DNA from: Candidatus Moanibacter sp.
GTDB lineage: Bacteria; Verrucomicrobiota; Verrucomicrobiia; Opitutales; UBA2987
DNA length: 64,000 nucleotides
Assembly (NCBI GenBank): GCA_965215885.1
Contig: CBDCEW010000078.1
Coordinates: 1 to 64,000 of the forward strand
Direction of reading: 5' to 3'
The notes beneath the pieces were generated by a model. That model was not told the origin of the DNA. It saw only the letters and a program-made list of their open reading frames with translations, and did no database searches. Both the position numbers and the translations under genes were made by a program. Shown here piece after piece: positions 10,556 through 21,106 of this stretch; position 1 is the stretch's first letter, and each line of letters opens with the position of its first letter.

Positions 10556-11341
10556 GAAAGTACTGAAAATCTCGCCCGCCTGCCCTCGCAAGGCGGGAAT
10601 GGGCGAAGATCAAAAAGCTTCCGCTTTCCGCTACGCTCCGGATCGATGCGTGTAGTCCCGCTCGGCGGGACGGTAGCTTTTCGTCTTTCAGGATGCCCGA
10701 AGTTGCAGACTCGATCGACCCGGCAAGCGTCAACGCGGGAGGGAGAGTATCGCATCCTCCTGCTGCGCTCCGAACTGGGCACCGGGTATCCGGGATGCTG
10801 CCGAAGGCGTAGCCACTGCCACCAAAGAAGCGGTGTATTGGAACAGAGTTGCAGGCCCATCTTATTGACCATACATTGATTAGGAATTCCAAGCGAGAGC
10901 GCATCCTTTCCAGTACACGAAGCGAAGGAGCAGGAAAACCTGAGACTCTCCGGTGCAACCGCCGTCGCCCGATGGCCTATGGCGAGTCAAGAGCCTGGAG
11001 GATCTGAGAAGTACAGGGCAGTTTTTGGGTAGCCAGGAGCCTAACAATCCCCGGCGCGAGGCCGGGGCATTGTTCCGTCCGCATTGCCCGAATCTCGATT
11101 CGCTGTATAGGGCCTTTGGTCAATCGACCCCATTTCGTTGAAACGACCAAAATCGGTTAGAACGAAGCCTTTAGGGGACCAATGCGATCGTCATTCACTG
11201 TGATTCAATGGTTTGCGCACCAAGTTAACGCGTATGCGCTGAGCGGGATGGTTTCCTTTTACCGTAACGGTCTCTCAAGCCGGTCAACTTGTAATACAAA
11301 ATGCTTTCGCCATTCCATGCATTATCTGTTGCCCTTAATTC

Positions 11342-13315
11342 GTGGTTCCAATCATCAGGAAATTACAAATCGGTTTCGCCGTTAGCCCGAAAATCTGTAA
11401 GATTTTCGGGCTGGCGACAGTCGCCACCGTCCTGTTTTTCATCCTTTATGTCCGTCAATCCGAAGGTCCACCTGTCACCTTTGAACCGAAGCCAAACCAG
11501 CCGCTTCCCCCGGATCTTCTGCGCAAGGAGGCACCGATGCTCGAAAAATTGGTCTCCGAGGGGAAACTGCCTCCGCTGGAGGAGCGGCTGCCGAGAAACC
11601 CCGCCGTTGTCGAACCGGTGAATGAGCCGGGCCGCTACGGCGGTGTCTGGCGCCGACACACCATCGGGGCCGATCGGGCCGGGATGAATCGGCTTATCTA
11701 CGATCCCGCTCTGCGTTGGTCCGCGGACGCAACCGAGATCCAGCCCAATCTCTGCTGGAAGTACGAAGTATCCGATGACCACAGGATCTTCACCTTCTTT
11801 CTTCGGGAGGGGGTGCGGTGGTCCGACGGACATCTCATGACGAGCGAAGATGTACGCTTCTGGTGGGAGGACTTCATACTCAATTCGGAATTGAATCCCC
11901 TGGTCCCGACATGGATGCAGATCCAGGGTGAAACTCCGAAGATCGAAATTCCGGATCCTTATTGCTTCCGGTTCATCTTCCCTCATCCTTACGGGCTCTT
12001 CCCCGAACGAGCAGCGTGGCAGGGAGAAATGTGGTTGCCCAGGCATTACCTTGAGCAGTTTCACGTGAAGTACGCGCCTCCTGCAGAGCTCGCCGCCAAA
12101 GTGGAGTCGTCCGGCCTTGAATCCTGGTATCAACTCTTCCTGGACAAGGCTCGCTGGTGGACCAACCAGGATATTCCGATGATTAAGGCCTGGATCATCA
12201 AGTCTGACTGGGAACGCCAGCACAAGGTCTTTGAACGCAACCCCTACTACTGGAAAGTGGACACCAAAGGACGCCAATTGCCCTACATCGACCGCGTCAC
12301 ACACCTCACCTTTCAGAACCGGGAAACCCTGCTTCTCAACTTCGTCGGCGGCGACATCCTCGTGCAAATGCGTTACGTAATGCCCAATGACTTACCCCTC
12401 TTTGAGGCGCCCGTGAGGGATGGGAAGATGGAAGTATACACCTGGATAGCAACCGGCAATCATGCCCTCGGTATCCAGTTTAACCAGAGCTACACCGGCG
12501 ACGACGCCTTTGCCCGCGAACTGCTTAGAAAGAGGAAGTTCCGCTGGGCGCTCTCTTACGCGCTCGATCGCGAAGAGATCAGCGAACTGTTTCACTTTGG
12601 CAAGGGTAAGCCACGGCAGCCGGCGCCTCTCGAACAGTCACCCTACTTCGAACATGGGCGGCGCTACGCCCACACCGCACTCGAACACGACCTGGCGAAG
12701 GCAAATCTGCTTCTCGATGAACTCGGGCTGACCCAGCGGGACCCGGACGGTTTTCGTCTTCGGCCCGACGGCAAACCCATCGCTTTGACCATCGACTATA
12801 ACCCTAGATATGAAAAGATACTACTGGCGGAATACTTCAACCAGAAGTGTCTCGCGCCGCTGGGGATAAAGGGCATTCACAAGCCCTTTACAGGGCAACG
12901 GGGTTACGCGGGGTTGGCCATGATCCTGCTGACCGGTTCCGGCGGAACTATGCAGGAGCTGATATCCCCCTCCTACATTCCGACTTATCGCCACCTCTAC
13001 TGGGCGACCCAGTACGGCCTTTGGTACGAAAGTAACGGACGGAAGGGCTGGAAACCGCCCGACGATATCGCGCGAATGCAGGAGGTTTACGACCGAATAA
13101 AAGCCTCTCCCGACAGACAGATGCGCTACGAATTGATGGGCGAGATCTGGGACCTGCACGCCGAGAACCTCTGGTACATCGGAAGCCTGGGCGAACTTCC
13201 TCAAGTGGTCCTCGTCCACCGCCGCGCCGGCAATGTCCCTCGCTACGTCGTCTCCGCCTGGGTATTCAAAACCCCCGGAAACGCCCATCCGGAACAGTTT
13301 TATTGTAAGTGGTGA
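11342..13315 (+). CDS. ABC transporter solute-binding protein, family 5 (paralog 3)
   Basis: Same signatures; N-terminus shared with paralog 2. Confidence 0.92.
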   Translation: MVPIIRKLQIGFAVSPKICKIFGLATVATVLFFILYVRQSEGPPVTFEPKPNQPLPPDLLRKEAPMLEKLVSEGKLPPLEERLPRNPAVVEPVNEPGRYGGVWRRHTIGADRAGMNRLIYDPALRWSADATEIQPNLCWKYEVSDDHRIFTFFLREGVRWSDGHLMTSEDVRFWWEDFILNSELNPLVPTWMQIQGETPKIEIPDPYCFRFIFPHPYGLFPERAAWQGEMWLPRHYLEQFHVKYAPPAELAAKVESSGLESWYQLFLDKARWWTNQDIPMIKAWIIKSDWERQHKVFERNPYYWKVDTKGRQLPYIDRVTHLTFQNRETLLLNFVGGDILVQMRYVMPNDLPLFEAPVRDGKMEVYTWIATGNHALGIQFNQSYTGDDAFARELLRKRKFRWALSYALDREEISELFHFGKGKPRQPAPLEQSPYFEHGRRYAHTALEHDLAKANLLLDELGLTQRDPDGFRLRPDGKPIALTIDYNPRYEKILLAEYFNQKCLAPLGIKGIHKPFTGQRGYAGLAMILLTGSGGTMQELISPSYIPTYRHLYWATQYGLWYESNGRKGWKPPDDIARMQEVYDRIKASPDRQMRYELMGEIWDLHAENLWYIGSLGELPQVVLVHRRAGNVPRYVVSAWVFKTPGNAHPEQFYCKW

Positions 13316-13364
13316 GGGTTACTTGTGATGCACGATGGGACAGTGGATGACCTATCGATCTTCC

Positions 13365-14152
13365 CATCGTGAATCATAATCGTTATCTAAAGTCGATGGG
13401 ATAGAAGAACGACAGGAGATCACGATTGTGAGTCACGATGGGAGCAGGAGAGGAGCCTTTCTCCCCCGCGAGGGAGTCTTCGTCGTCAACTTAGTCGTCA
13501 ACTTTGTCGCTTTTTTCGGTTGATCCTTCGATTAAGTTTGCGACGAAGCTTACGATTAAGTTTGGAAGGAGTTTCTACCCGCAAGGGAACCTTTGTCGTC
13601 AGCTTCGTCGTCCTCTTCGGTCGCGCTCTCGACAAAGCTCGCGACAAAGCTTTGGAGGGAAGGTTTCCTCTCCCCCGTGGGGGAAACTTCAGAGGAGGAG
13701 CTCGAATCACCTATGTTCAAACCTCGTCGCAAACCTTGCCTGCCTCGGCAAAGCGAAGCGGCGACGGGTCGCGAACCTTGTCGTCGACTTTGTCGCTCGA
13801 GTCACCAATTCATTCTTCCATCGTGATCCAAATTCGAAAGAAAGGAAGATCGACACAAGATCACGATTGTGAGTCACGATGGGAGCGGAATCGGAAGACA
13901 CGGTGATGGGGAGAGGGGGAGACGCGGAGTCGCAACCGAACCTTTGTCGTCAATCCCGCTGAGCGGGATCGCCGTTTTCGGCTGATTTCTCGACAGAGCT
14001 TACGACGAAGCTTACGATTAAGTTTGGAAGGAGGCTGTCTCCCAGCGAGGGAACCTTCGTCGCGAGCTTTGTCGGCAACTTAGTCGGTCTTTCCGGTCGA
14101 TCCTTTCCCGACTAAGATTGCGACGAAGCTTGCGATTAAGAGCTACGATGGG
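13365..14152 (+). repeat. Large mosaic repeat cluster (12-bp-unit hairpins, ATCGTGA/TCACGAT repeats, nested mini-palindromes)
   Basis: At least four 12-bp-unit hairpins, two AGATCACGATTGTGAGTCACGATGGGAG copies and a TCCCGCTGAGCGGGA insertion. Confidence 0.85.
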
Positions 14153-14169
14153 AGAGAGGAACTTCAAAT

Positions 14170-14934
14170 TCAGACACACCCATCATAGGCGCGTCCAGCC
14201 ACCAGCTCGAATTCGGGCATCGGCTTCTCGCCCACATACTTGGACTGAGAACTCATATAGGCCACGGTGAGGCCAATGCGGCTGTTGGGGCTGGTATTCG
14301 GGTCCGTGCGGTGCATCGTCAGGCTGTGGTGGAATGTGCAACTCCCCGCTTTCAGGGAAACGGCGACTTCGGTCTCGTATTCGACATTCTTATCCTCCAC
14401 GCGAAAATCTTCCAGGTGCTTATGTTCGATCACTCCCTTTTTGTGTGATCCGGGAATGAAGCGCATACAGCCGTTGCCTTCCGTGGAGTCGTCCAGAGCC
14501 ATCCAGCAGGTGACGATGTCCGGCGGGTCAATTCGCGTCCAATAGGCCGAATCCTGGTGGGGTGGTTTAGCCGAACCCACTCTCGCGGGTTTGCAAAGAG
14601 TCTGGTCGAGAAAAATCTTCAGGTCGGGCCCGATCAGGCTGGTAACGACCTCAAGGATCCGGGGATGCCGCGAGTATTCCTTAAAAATGGGGTCAAATTT
14701 TGTCAGCTGCGAAATTTTGCGCACGTTGTTGAAGCGCACCGGGTCCTCCGCGAGTTCGCCCCTGGCTACCCTGGGTTCGATCCCGACATATTTCTGGGGA
14801 AAGTCGACCACCTCGTTGCCGATATCTTCCAGCCGCATATGCAATGCTCTGAGTTCAAGGGAGGTAAGAACATTGTGAACGGGAATAAATCCATCCCGGT
14901 TAAATTGGTCGATCTGATCCTGGGTCAATGGCAT
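14170..14934 (-). CDS. Phytanoyl-CoA dioxygenase (PhyH) family Fe(II)/2-oxoglutarate oxygenase
   Basis: HQD facial-triad motif, TCWMALDD..NGCMRFIPGSH, FHH..H..N.S..R. Confidence 0.9.
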   Translation of the reverse strand: MPLTQDQIDQFNRDGFIPVHNVLTSLELRALHMRLEDIGNEVVDFPQKYVGIEPRVARGELAEDPVRFNNVRKISQLTKFDPIFKEYSRHPRILEVVTSLIGPDLKIFLDQTLCKPARVGSAKPPHQDSAYWTRIDPPDIVTCWMALDDSTEGNGCMRFIPGSHKKGVIEHKHLEDFRVEDKNVEYETEVAVSLKAGSCTFHHSLTMHRTDPNTSPNSRIGLTVAYMSSQSKYVGEKPMPEFELVAGRAYDGCV

Positions 14935-15155
14935 GATAAACTTATGAAGTCTGGTGGTCGAATTTGCAATCCTTCGTCATTCGATACGAATAGCGAGGAA
15001 GAGTCTGTTTTTCAAAATGATTTCTTCTAAACAGAGATATGCAATTACTTTTGGCATTCGAAAGAAAAGAAGATCGACGGGAGATCACGATTGAGAGTCA
15101 CGATGGAAGAGAGGATCCGCTCAATCTAATGTCGTGATCCTAACGCAGCCGCTGG

Positions 15156-15473
15156 CCGTAACCAAACTTAAAATTCGTTGAGAGAGAAGAGGGACACAGA
15201 GCGGCACAGAGAACCACAGAGCCACACAGAGATGACATAGCTGGACGATGTCAGTGTGAGACTAGCATTGTGCTTTGCTGCAGGATCGGGTTCAAGCCCC
15301 GGTGGCACCGACTTCGCATTAGCCGTCGCATCGAGAGTAAGAGATCATATAAGTCCGCTATTGCCTGAACGGTAGAAAGTTGAGAGGAGTCGACTCTTCC
15401 CAACTTTCTATATCTCCAAATTGCATTCTCGGTGGTTCTCTGTGCAGCTCTGTGACCCCCGATTTAGTTATGA
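15156..15473. repeat. CACAGAG/CTCTGTG-type inverted-repeat element
   Basis: Four CACAGAG units at 15194-15230 face CTCTGTG-like units at 15428-15455; imperfect ends GCCGTAACCAAA / TTTAGTTATGAC; internal palindrome at 15373-15410. Confidence 0.6.
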
Positions 15474-15736
15474 CTTAACCGTCTGTTCCTACTTTACTTA
15501 CATAACATTTCTCCGCAAAACGCATAGAAGCTACGGGATAAGACTCTAGTCGTAATCTAAATCCGAAAGAAGATCGATTGCATATCACGGGTACGAGCCA
15601 CCACAATCGCCATTCGAAATTCAGTAGGTCCACCAATCAAATCTCCCTCCGTTGTTGACGAGGCAACCGTGATCATCGAGCATATTCCCAGCCGGGAATT
15701 TTCACACAATTTCGACCACCACTGATCAGTTTCAAT

Positions 15737-16552
15737 ATGTACAAGGCCTCATACGACGGATCTAATAAGAAGGTGCTCTGGCAGGAGCTATGGCGGCACG
15801 AATTCCTCGCTGCCCTGGAACGAGATCCGGTGGTTATTGTGCCAGTGGGATCGGTAGAACAGCACGGACCTCACTGCCCCATGGACGTGGACATATCGGC
15901 GCCTTTCTGCATGGCCGTTGAAGTGGCCCGGCGAGTGGAGGAATTTCCTGTGATTGTGGCTCCGCCGGTGTGGTCCGGTTTCACCCACTACAATATGGGA
16001 TTTCCCGGCACTATCAACCTGAGACTGGAGACCTTCCAGAGCCTCCTGGCCGACATCTTCCGCAGCATCCACGCCAATGGCTTCAAGCGCATCATCTCCC
16101 TCAACGGCCACGGCGGCAATGCCGGGCCCTGCCGCGCCGTCTCCTGGCAGGTGGCCGAGGAGAACATCTTCACTCTGAGTTTCAACTGGTGGGATATGGT
16201 GGAAAAGCAGCTGCGGGAGTGGAGCGCCACCAGCGAGGGTGTAGGTCACGCGGGCGAGTGGGAAACCTCGGTGCAACTCTATCTACGCCCCCACCTGATC
16301 GACAGGGAGCGCATCGACAAGGACGAAACCGGGACGCGCCCCTTTGGCGGCGAGCTGGCCTTCGCCGAGTTCGCCGAGCGCCGGCGTGACACCCTCAAGG
16401 ACACCGGTATCATGGGAGATGCAACGGCGGCCGGCGCGGACAAGGGAGAACGTATTTTTACGCTCGCCTGCCGCCGATTGGAAAAGCTGGTGCGAGAGTA
16501 TCACGAACACCCGGTGCGTGACTATCGGGAGTTCGGCAGCCACTGTCCCTAG
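15737..16552 (+). CDS. Creatininase/creatinine amidohydrolase family protein
   Basis: PVGSVEQHGPH, NGHGGN and HAGEWETS motifs. Confidence 0.9.
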   Translation: MYKASYDGSNKKVLWQELWRHEFLAALERDPVVIVPVGSVEQHGPHCPMDVDISAPFCMAVEVARRVEEFPVIVAPPVWSGFTHYNMGFPGTINLRLETFQSLLADIFRSIHANGFKRIISLNGHGGNAGPCRAVSWQVAEENIFTLSFNWWDMVEKQLREWSATSEGVGHAGEWETSVQLYLRPHLIDRERIDKDETGTRPFGGELAFAEFAERRRDTLKDTGIMGDATAAGADKGERIFTLACRRLEKLVREYHEHPVRDYREFGSHCP

Positions 16553-16646
16553 CCCGCTTTTCTCAGAAAATTCCGCGAACACTATCACAACAAGAGGTTC
16601 TTTTCGATACGCAGTTACTCGCCTGCCAAGAAAAGCAGGCTATCCA

Positions 16647-16700
16647 ACAAAAGGGCACAGTTTAACGTGTTCCAACTCAATATTTTCTGTGCCCTTTTGT
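16647..16700. promoter_or_regulatory. 14-bp perfect inverted repeat (hairpin or operator) upstream of the PLP enzyme
   Basis: ACAAAAGGGCACAG - 26 nt - CTGTGCCCTTTTGT. Confidence 0.45.
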
Positions 16701-16745
16701 AAATTAACACGGAAAGTTTGTGAGATAGGAGTTTAATAGAAGGCG

Positions 16746-17948
16746 ATGGACAATATATATGAGCGATTGGGGGTTCGAACCATTATCAATGCGGCGGGCC
16801 CTACAACCCGGTTGAGCGGGGCCCTGATTCCCGAAGAGGTGGCCGATGCGATGCGGGACGCGTCGCAGTTCTGTGTGGATATCGCCGAGCTTCAGGCCGA
16901 AGCGGGACGGTTGATTGCAGAACTGACAGGCGCAGAGGCGGGATATGTGACCTCTGGAGCCGCCGCCGGTCTGATGCTGGGAACGGCGGCCTGTGTCGCC
17001 GGTTTGGACCCGGGGAAAATGAACCGACTTCCCGATACGAAGGGTATGAAAAACGAAGTGATTATGCCCCGGAGCCATCGAAATTTTTACGACCACGCCA
17101 TTCGCTCCGTGGGTGTGAAACTGGTAGAAGTGGGAATTTCAGACCGGTTTTCCGGGGCCGGGGTGCGGGATACAGAGGCCTGGGAGATCGCCGATGCCAT
17201 TAACGAGCGGAGCGCGGCGATCGCCTATGTGGCCAACAGCCATGCCCGCCCTCCCCTGCCGGAGGTGACGGCGGTCGGGCGGGAACACGGCGTGCCGGTA
17301 ATTGTCGATGCGGCCGGGCAACTGCCGCCGGCGGCAAATCTGAAGCGATTTATAGAAGAAGGGGCCGATCTCGTCTGTTTCAGCGGGGGGAAGGCGATTC
17401 GAGGGCCGCAGGGGGCTGGCATCCTCTGCGGGCGACGAGATCTGGTTTCTTCGGCAGCCCTCCAGCAGCTGGATCAGGATGTCTTGTTTGAGCTGTGGGA
17501 ACCCCCACCCTCCCTAATCGACAAATCGACACTTCCGGGAGGACCACAGCACGGGGTGGGACGGCCCTGCAAGGTGGGAAAAGAGCAGATTGTAGGCTTG
17601 ATGGTAGCGCTGAAAAGGTTCGTGGAAGAGGGCGATGAGAGTCGCCAGTCGGCGTGGGCGGAGAAGGCAGAAGCGCTCCTGGAAGCGATGGAGGGGCTCC
17701 CCCATGCGACCTCCCAGACCGGTCTGAATCGATCGGTGCCCACTGTCAGATTGACCCTGGACGAAACAGCGGGGGTGACAGGCATCGAACTGGCACGGCA
17801 GTTGATGGCCGGAGAGCCGAGTATTCACGTGAATACATCGCAGGTCTACGAGGGGGCGCTGGTGTTTAATCCGATGTGCCTGCGAGAGGGCGATGTGGAG
17901 GCGATCAGAGAGAGATTGCGTGAGGTTTTGGTAAAGATCGCGGGGTAA
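16746..17948 (+). CDS. SelA-like/DgaE-family PLP-dependent enzyme
   Basis: IYERLGVRTIINAAG, VTSGAAAG, VIVDAA and FSGGKAIRGPQ (PLP lysine) motifs. The stop codon lies inside a REP. Confidence 0.85.
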   Translation: MDNIYERLGVRTIINAAGPTTRLSGALIPEEVADAMRDASQFCVDIAELQAEAGRLIAELTGAEAGYVTSGAAAGLMLGTAACVAGLDPGKMNRLPDTKGMKNEVIMPRSHRNFYDHAIRSVGVKLVEVGISDRFSGAGVRDTEAWEIADAINERSAAIAYVANSHARPPLPEVTAVGREHGVPVIVDAAGQLPPAANLKRFIEEGADLVCFSGGKAIRGPQGAGILCGRRDLVSSAALQQLDQDVLFELWEPPPSLIDKSTLPGGPQHGVGRPCKVGKEQIVGLMVALKRFVEEGDESRQSAWAEKAEALLEAMEGLPHATSQTGLNRSVPTVRLTLDETAGVTGIELARQLMAGEPSIHVNTSQVYEGALVFNPMCLREGDVEAIRERLREVLVKIAG

Positions 17949-18753
17949 ACCCGCTCCTACAGTTAGGATTTCCCATCGAACACCCGCCAGGGTTGTAGGA
18001 GCGGGTTTATCCCGCGATCTTTCGTGCTCGTAATCGTTCTCGTAATCGCCAATCGTACCGGATCCTCTTTGTCAAAAGCATCGTCGGATTTCGGTATGCG
18101 AGGGTCGATGGTCGGAGTTTTTCGACCGACGAAGTTGACGACTAAAGGATCGAGATTCCTGCCGCACTTAGAAAAACGAATACGCTTAGAATTGCGACGG
18201 TCGACTGTGAACGGAGATCGAACTCGGTAACTCGATGACGAGCATCCCGCTGAGCGGGAAGAACGATTGCGGATCGCATTTCGAGTTGAACGCTCCACCG
18301 GACGACCGGTTGAAACGTCGGATTGCGGCAGCGTTCATTGTCGTATGTTCGTATTTCGGCGAAATACGAACATAGAATCTCGAGTAAAGGTCGTGGGCCC
18401 GCTGAGCGGGGCGCTTATACAGTTAGGATTTCCAATCGAACAATTTCAGACACTTCGTAGCGAGATCCCGACGCACCGGGAGCGGGGAATCGGTTCGATC
18501 TTCTGTCGTGATTCTTGATCACAATCTAAAATCGACAAAGCTGACGACTAAGGGATCGAGATTCCCGCCGCACCTCGACAAAGAATTACGCTTAGAATTG
18601 CGGCGGCGTTGGTAGTCGGCTGCCGTATGTTCGTATTTCGCCGAAATACGAACATAGAATCTCAATAAAGATCGCGGCGTAAAGCCGCTCCTACAGTTAG
18701 GATTTTCCATCGAACACCCGCCAGGGATGTAGGAGCGGGTTTACCCCGCGATC
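17936..18753. repeat. Mosaic repeat region bounded by two REPIN doublets (17936-18019, 18670-18753) with an internal duplicated block
   Basis: Two GTAG REP doublets; duplicated block (~18128-18200 and ~18533-18606); two 31-bp palindromes TATGTTCGTATTTCG-N-CGAAATACGAACATA. Confidence 0.85.
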
Positions 18754-18882
18754 AATCGATGGGATAGAAAAGCACGAGTTATGAGGACCCCATCCCCGTG
18801 TCGTGTCCGACACTGGTTGACTTCCAGATGCCAATCATGGTCGTATCGCAGGATCAAGGTCCTGACGCAGGAAGAGGAAGTC

Positions 18883-20658
18883 ATGGCAGACCAAAGTGTC
18901 ATCGTCGATATCATCCCCACGATCCCGGATGGACTCGTTCACGGCCAGGAGGTGCCGTATGGATGGGCTGTGCGGGTCCACCGCTGGCTCTCAGACCGGT
19001 CCGGCCAAGGGGTATTTCGCAAAGTGAAACCGCTGCCGCCGGATACCGGTGAACCCCTCGAAGGGTCCCTGTCGGTATCCCTGGAGGAGCGAGAGGGACC
19101 AATCGACGCGCCCAAATCGCGCGACATCTTCACGAATCGGGAATTCCCATTCCGCTGCGTCCGCGATATTACGGGATGGGACTGCCGCTGGTACGAGAGC
19201 GCAGTTGTGGAAGTGGAACCGCCTTTCCAGGAGCGCCTGCGCCGGGGCGGCAGCATCACCTACGTATTGCGCGTCCAGGTCAAAGACCCATCGGGTATGG
19301 AGCTGGGATCGGCTCAGCTCTCCTTCGCTAATCTACCCACATGGTGTCTGTGGGACGTGGAGCTCGACCGGCCCGGAGGAATCGAGAAGGTCGTGAACAG
19401 ACGCAGAATCGTTGCCGGGACGCGCGCGGCCGTCTATCCGGGCGATTTCACGGGAGAGGGAAGAGCCGGTTTTCTTCACGTCGTAGGCAACCTGCATATG
19501 GCGGCATACGATGCCACTGGCAGAAAGCTGTGGGAGTTAAGTGACCCCACGGGGGTGCCCGTCTACAACTCTACCAACGCCAGTGTATGCGACATCAACG
19601 GCGACGGGAGGGATGAGGTTATTGCGATGAGAGGCAAGCCGCCGGAAGCGCGATTGGAAATCCTCGAGGGGAAAACGGGGAGAACCCTCAGGAGCGTGCC
19701 GTGGCCAGCCAACGACGAGGATTTGCGCCGATGGCATCATGGCGGGAACCGCGGAGACATGGCCTACACCTACGACGCCAAGATCTATCTCGCGGATTTC
19801 AGGGGGTCGGGTCAGCCACGGGACATCGTGCTGCAGACGGGAGACGAAAATCAGGTCCTCTACACAGCTCTCAATGACGAACTGGAGGCGCTGTGGGAAT
19901 TCGATGTGCGGCGTCAAAGGCAGATTGACGGCGGCGCCGGTTCACACACTCCGATCATTTACGACATCAACCGCGATGGGAAGGATGAGATGCTGGCCGG
20001 CACCTACATGTTAAACCCTGAGGGAAAGATCCTCTGGATGATTCCGTTTGAGCCAATCTTCGCGGGAGGCGGCGACGAACACATCGACGGGGCAGACATT
20101 GGCCCCGTCGGAGAGGACAACCGCGTAGTCGTTGCCTTCCCCAACAACTGTGTCGTGGCAGACGCCTTGAACGGGGAGGTGCTCTGGAAAAAGGGGAGCG
20201 ATCATGGACAGGTCGCCTATGTTCGCAAGTTGCGAAAGGATCTGCCGGGCAATCAGATCATCTTCTCGGAGAAGCTCAATACGAGACGTCTCTTCGACGC
20301 CAGGGGAAAGGAGATCGCCTGCACCGTGGGCAACGGCTCCGAGAGAGACTGGTGGGCGGACGGTGAAGGCATGCATCTGTGGCCCATCGCGGAGAGCAGA
20401 CTGGTGGACTGGGACGGCAGCGGAGAGCAGGATCAGTTTGTCGGGAGCCTGGTGCTCGACCGAAAAGGCCGGTGCATTGGAGTGGGCGAATGGACTGCCT
20501 GTCCTCTCGTGGATGAGAAGGTTTGGGGATCCACCGTTCTTCAACTGCGGTTGAACTTCAACGTCACCCGGGCTCGCGCCTTCAGCGGAATCCCGATACC
20601 TCCACCGGGCAACAAGAAGCTCAATATACCGTTGGAGATCTGTAACTGCATCGACTAG
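18883..20658 (+). CDS. FG-GAP beta-propeller protein, rhamnogalacturonan lyase (PL11/YesW)-like
   Basis: DINGDGRDEV, H..IIYDINRDGKDE and H.D..DIG motifs; start moved to the ATG after GAGGAAG; paralog of 51562..53403. Confidence 0.6.
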   Translation: MADQSVIVDIIPTIPDGLVHGQEVPYGWAVRVHRWLSDRSGQGVFRKVKPLPPDTGEPLEGSLSVSLEEREGPIDAPKSRDIFTNREFPFRCVRDITGWDCRWYESAVVEVEPPFQERLRRGGSITYVLRVQVKDPSGMELGSAQLSFANLPTWCLWDVELDRPGGIEKVVNRRRIVAGTRAAVYPGDFTGEGRAGFLHVVGNLHMAAYDATGRKLWELSDPTGVPVYNSTNASVCDINGDGRDEVIAMRGKPPEARLEILEGKTGRTLRSVPWPANDEDLRRWHHGGNRGDMAYTYDAKIYLADFRGSGQPRDIVLQTGDENQVLYTALNDELEALWEFDVRRQRQIDGGAGSHTPIIYDINRDGKDEMLAGTYMLNPEGKILWMIPFEPIFAGGGDEHIDGADIGPVGEDNRVVVAFPNNCVVADALNGEVLWKKGSDHGQVAYVRKLRKDLPGNQIIFSEKLNTRRLFDARGKEIACTVGNGSERDWWADGEGMHLWPIAESRLVDWDGSGEQDQFVGSLVLDRKGRCIGVGEWTACPLVDEKVWGSTVLQLRLNFNVTRARAFSGIPIPPPGNKKLNIPLEICNCID

Positions 20659-21106
20659 GAAGCTGTCGGTCTTTGCTTTCGGAATTCGCGGGAAAGTCCC
20701 GGCGTCCGGCCGCATTCCTGGACCCGGAAGATTTGACCACCGACAGCTACTTGCGGTGGAATACGTATCGCCGCAAGCCCGCGTTCGAGCTGAAATCCAT
20801 CTATAAAGAGTTATCTCGATCGGTGGAAGCGCCTTAGCCGGAAAACCTGAGACTCTCCGGGGCAAGCCCGGAGGATCTTCCAAGGGACGGGCAGTTCTTT
20901 GTAACGGTGACCCTCGCTCCCTTGATCGAATAGAAATCCCGTTGAGCTTTCCTCCTTCACCGATCGATCACCGTGTGGAACAGTGGTATGGCTACTGCAT
21001 CAGCGGGCTAACTCTTTGCGAATCCTTTCCCACCGAAAGAATCCTAGCGCGAGTACCGGCAATAAGGCGTTGTAAATCTGTCGCCTTTGGGTAATCTACG
21101 GTTTCG

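Noticed and set aside
6161..13315. Diversity-generating retroelement acting on the SBP paralogs
   Set aside because: No reverse transcriptase; differences are spread along the genes and are not adenine-specific.
1944..14152. CRISPR array interpretation of the periodic repeats
   Set aside because: Units are degenerate, the loops resemble each other rather than being unique spacers, lengths vary in 12-bp steps, and no cas genes are present.
15280..15312. tRNA gene
   Set aside because: Only a T-arm-like hairpin; no matching acceptor 5' strand, D arm or anticodon arm.
16746..17948. True selenocysteine synthase selA
   Set aside because: Shorter SelA-like/DgaE-type sequence with no selB, selC or selD nearby.
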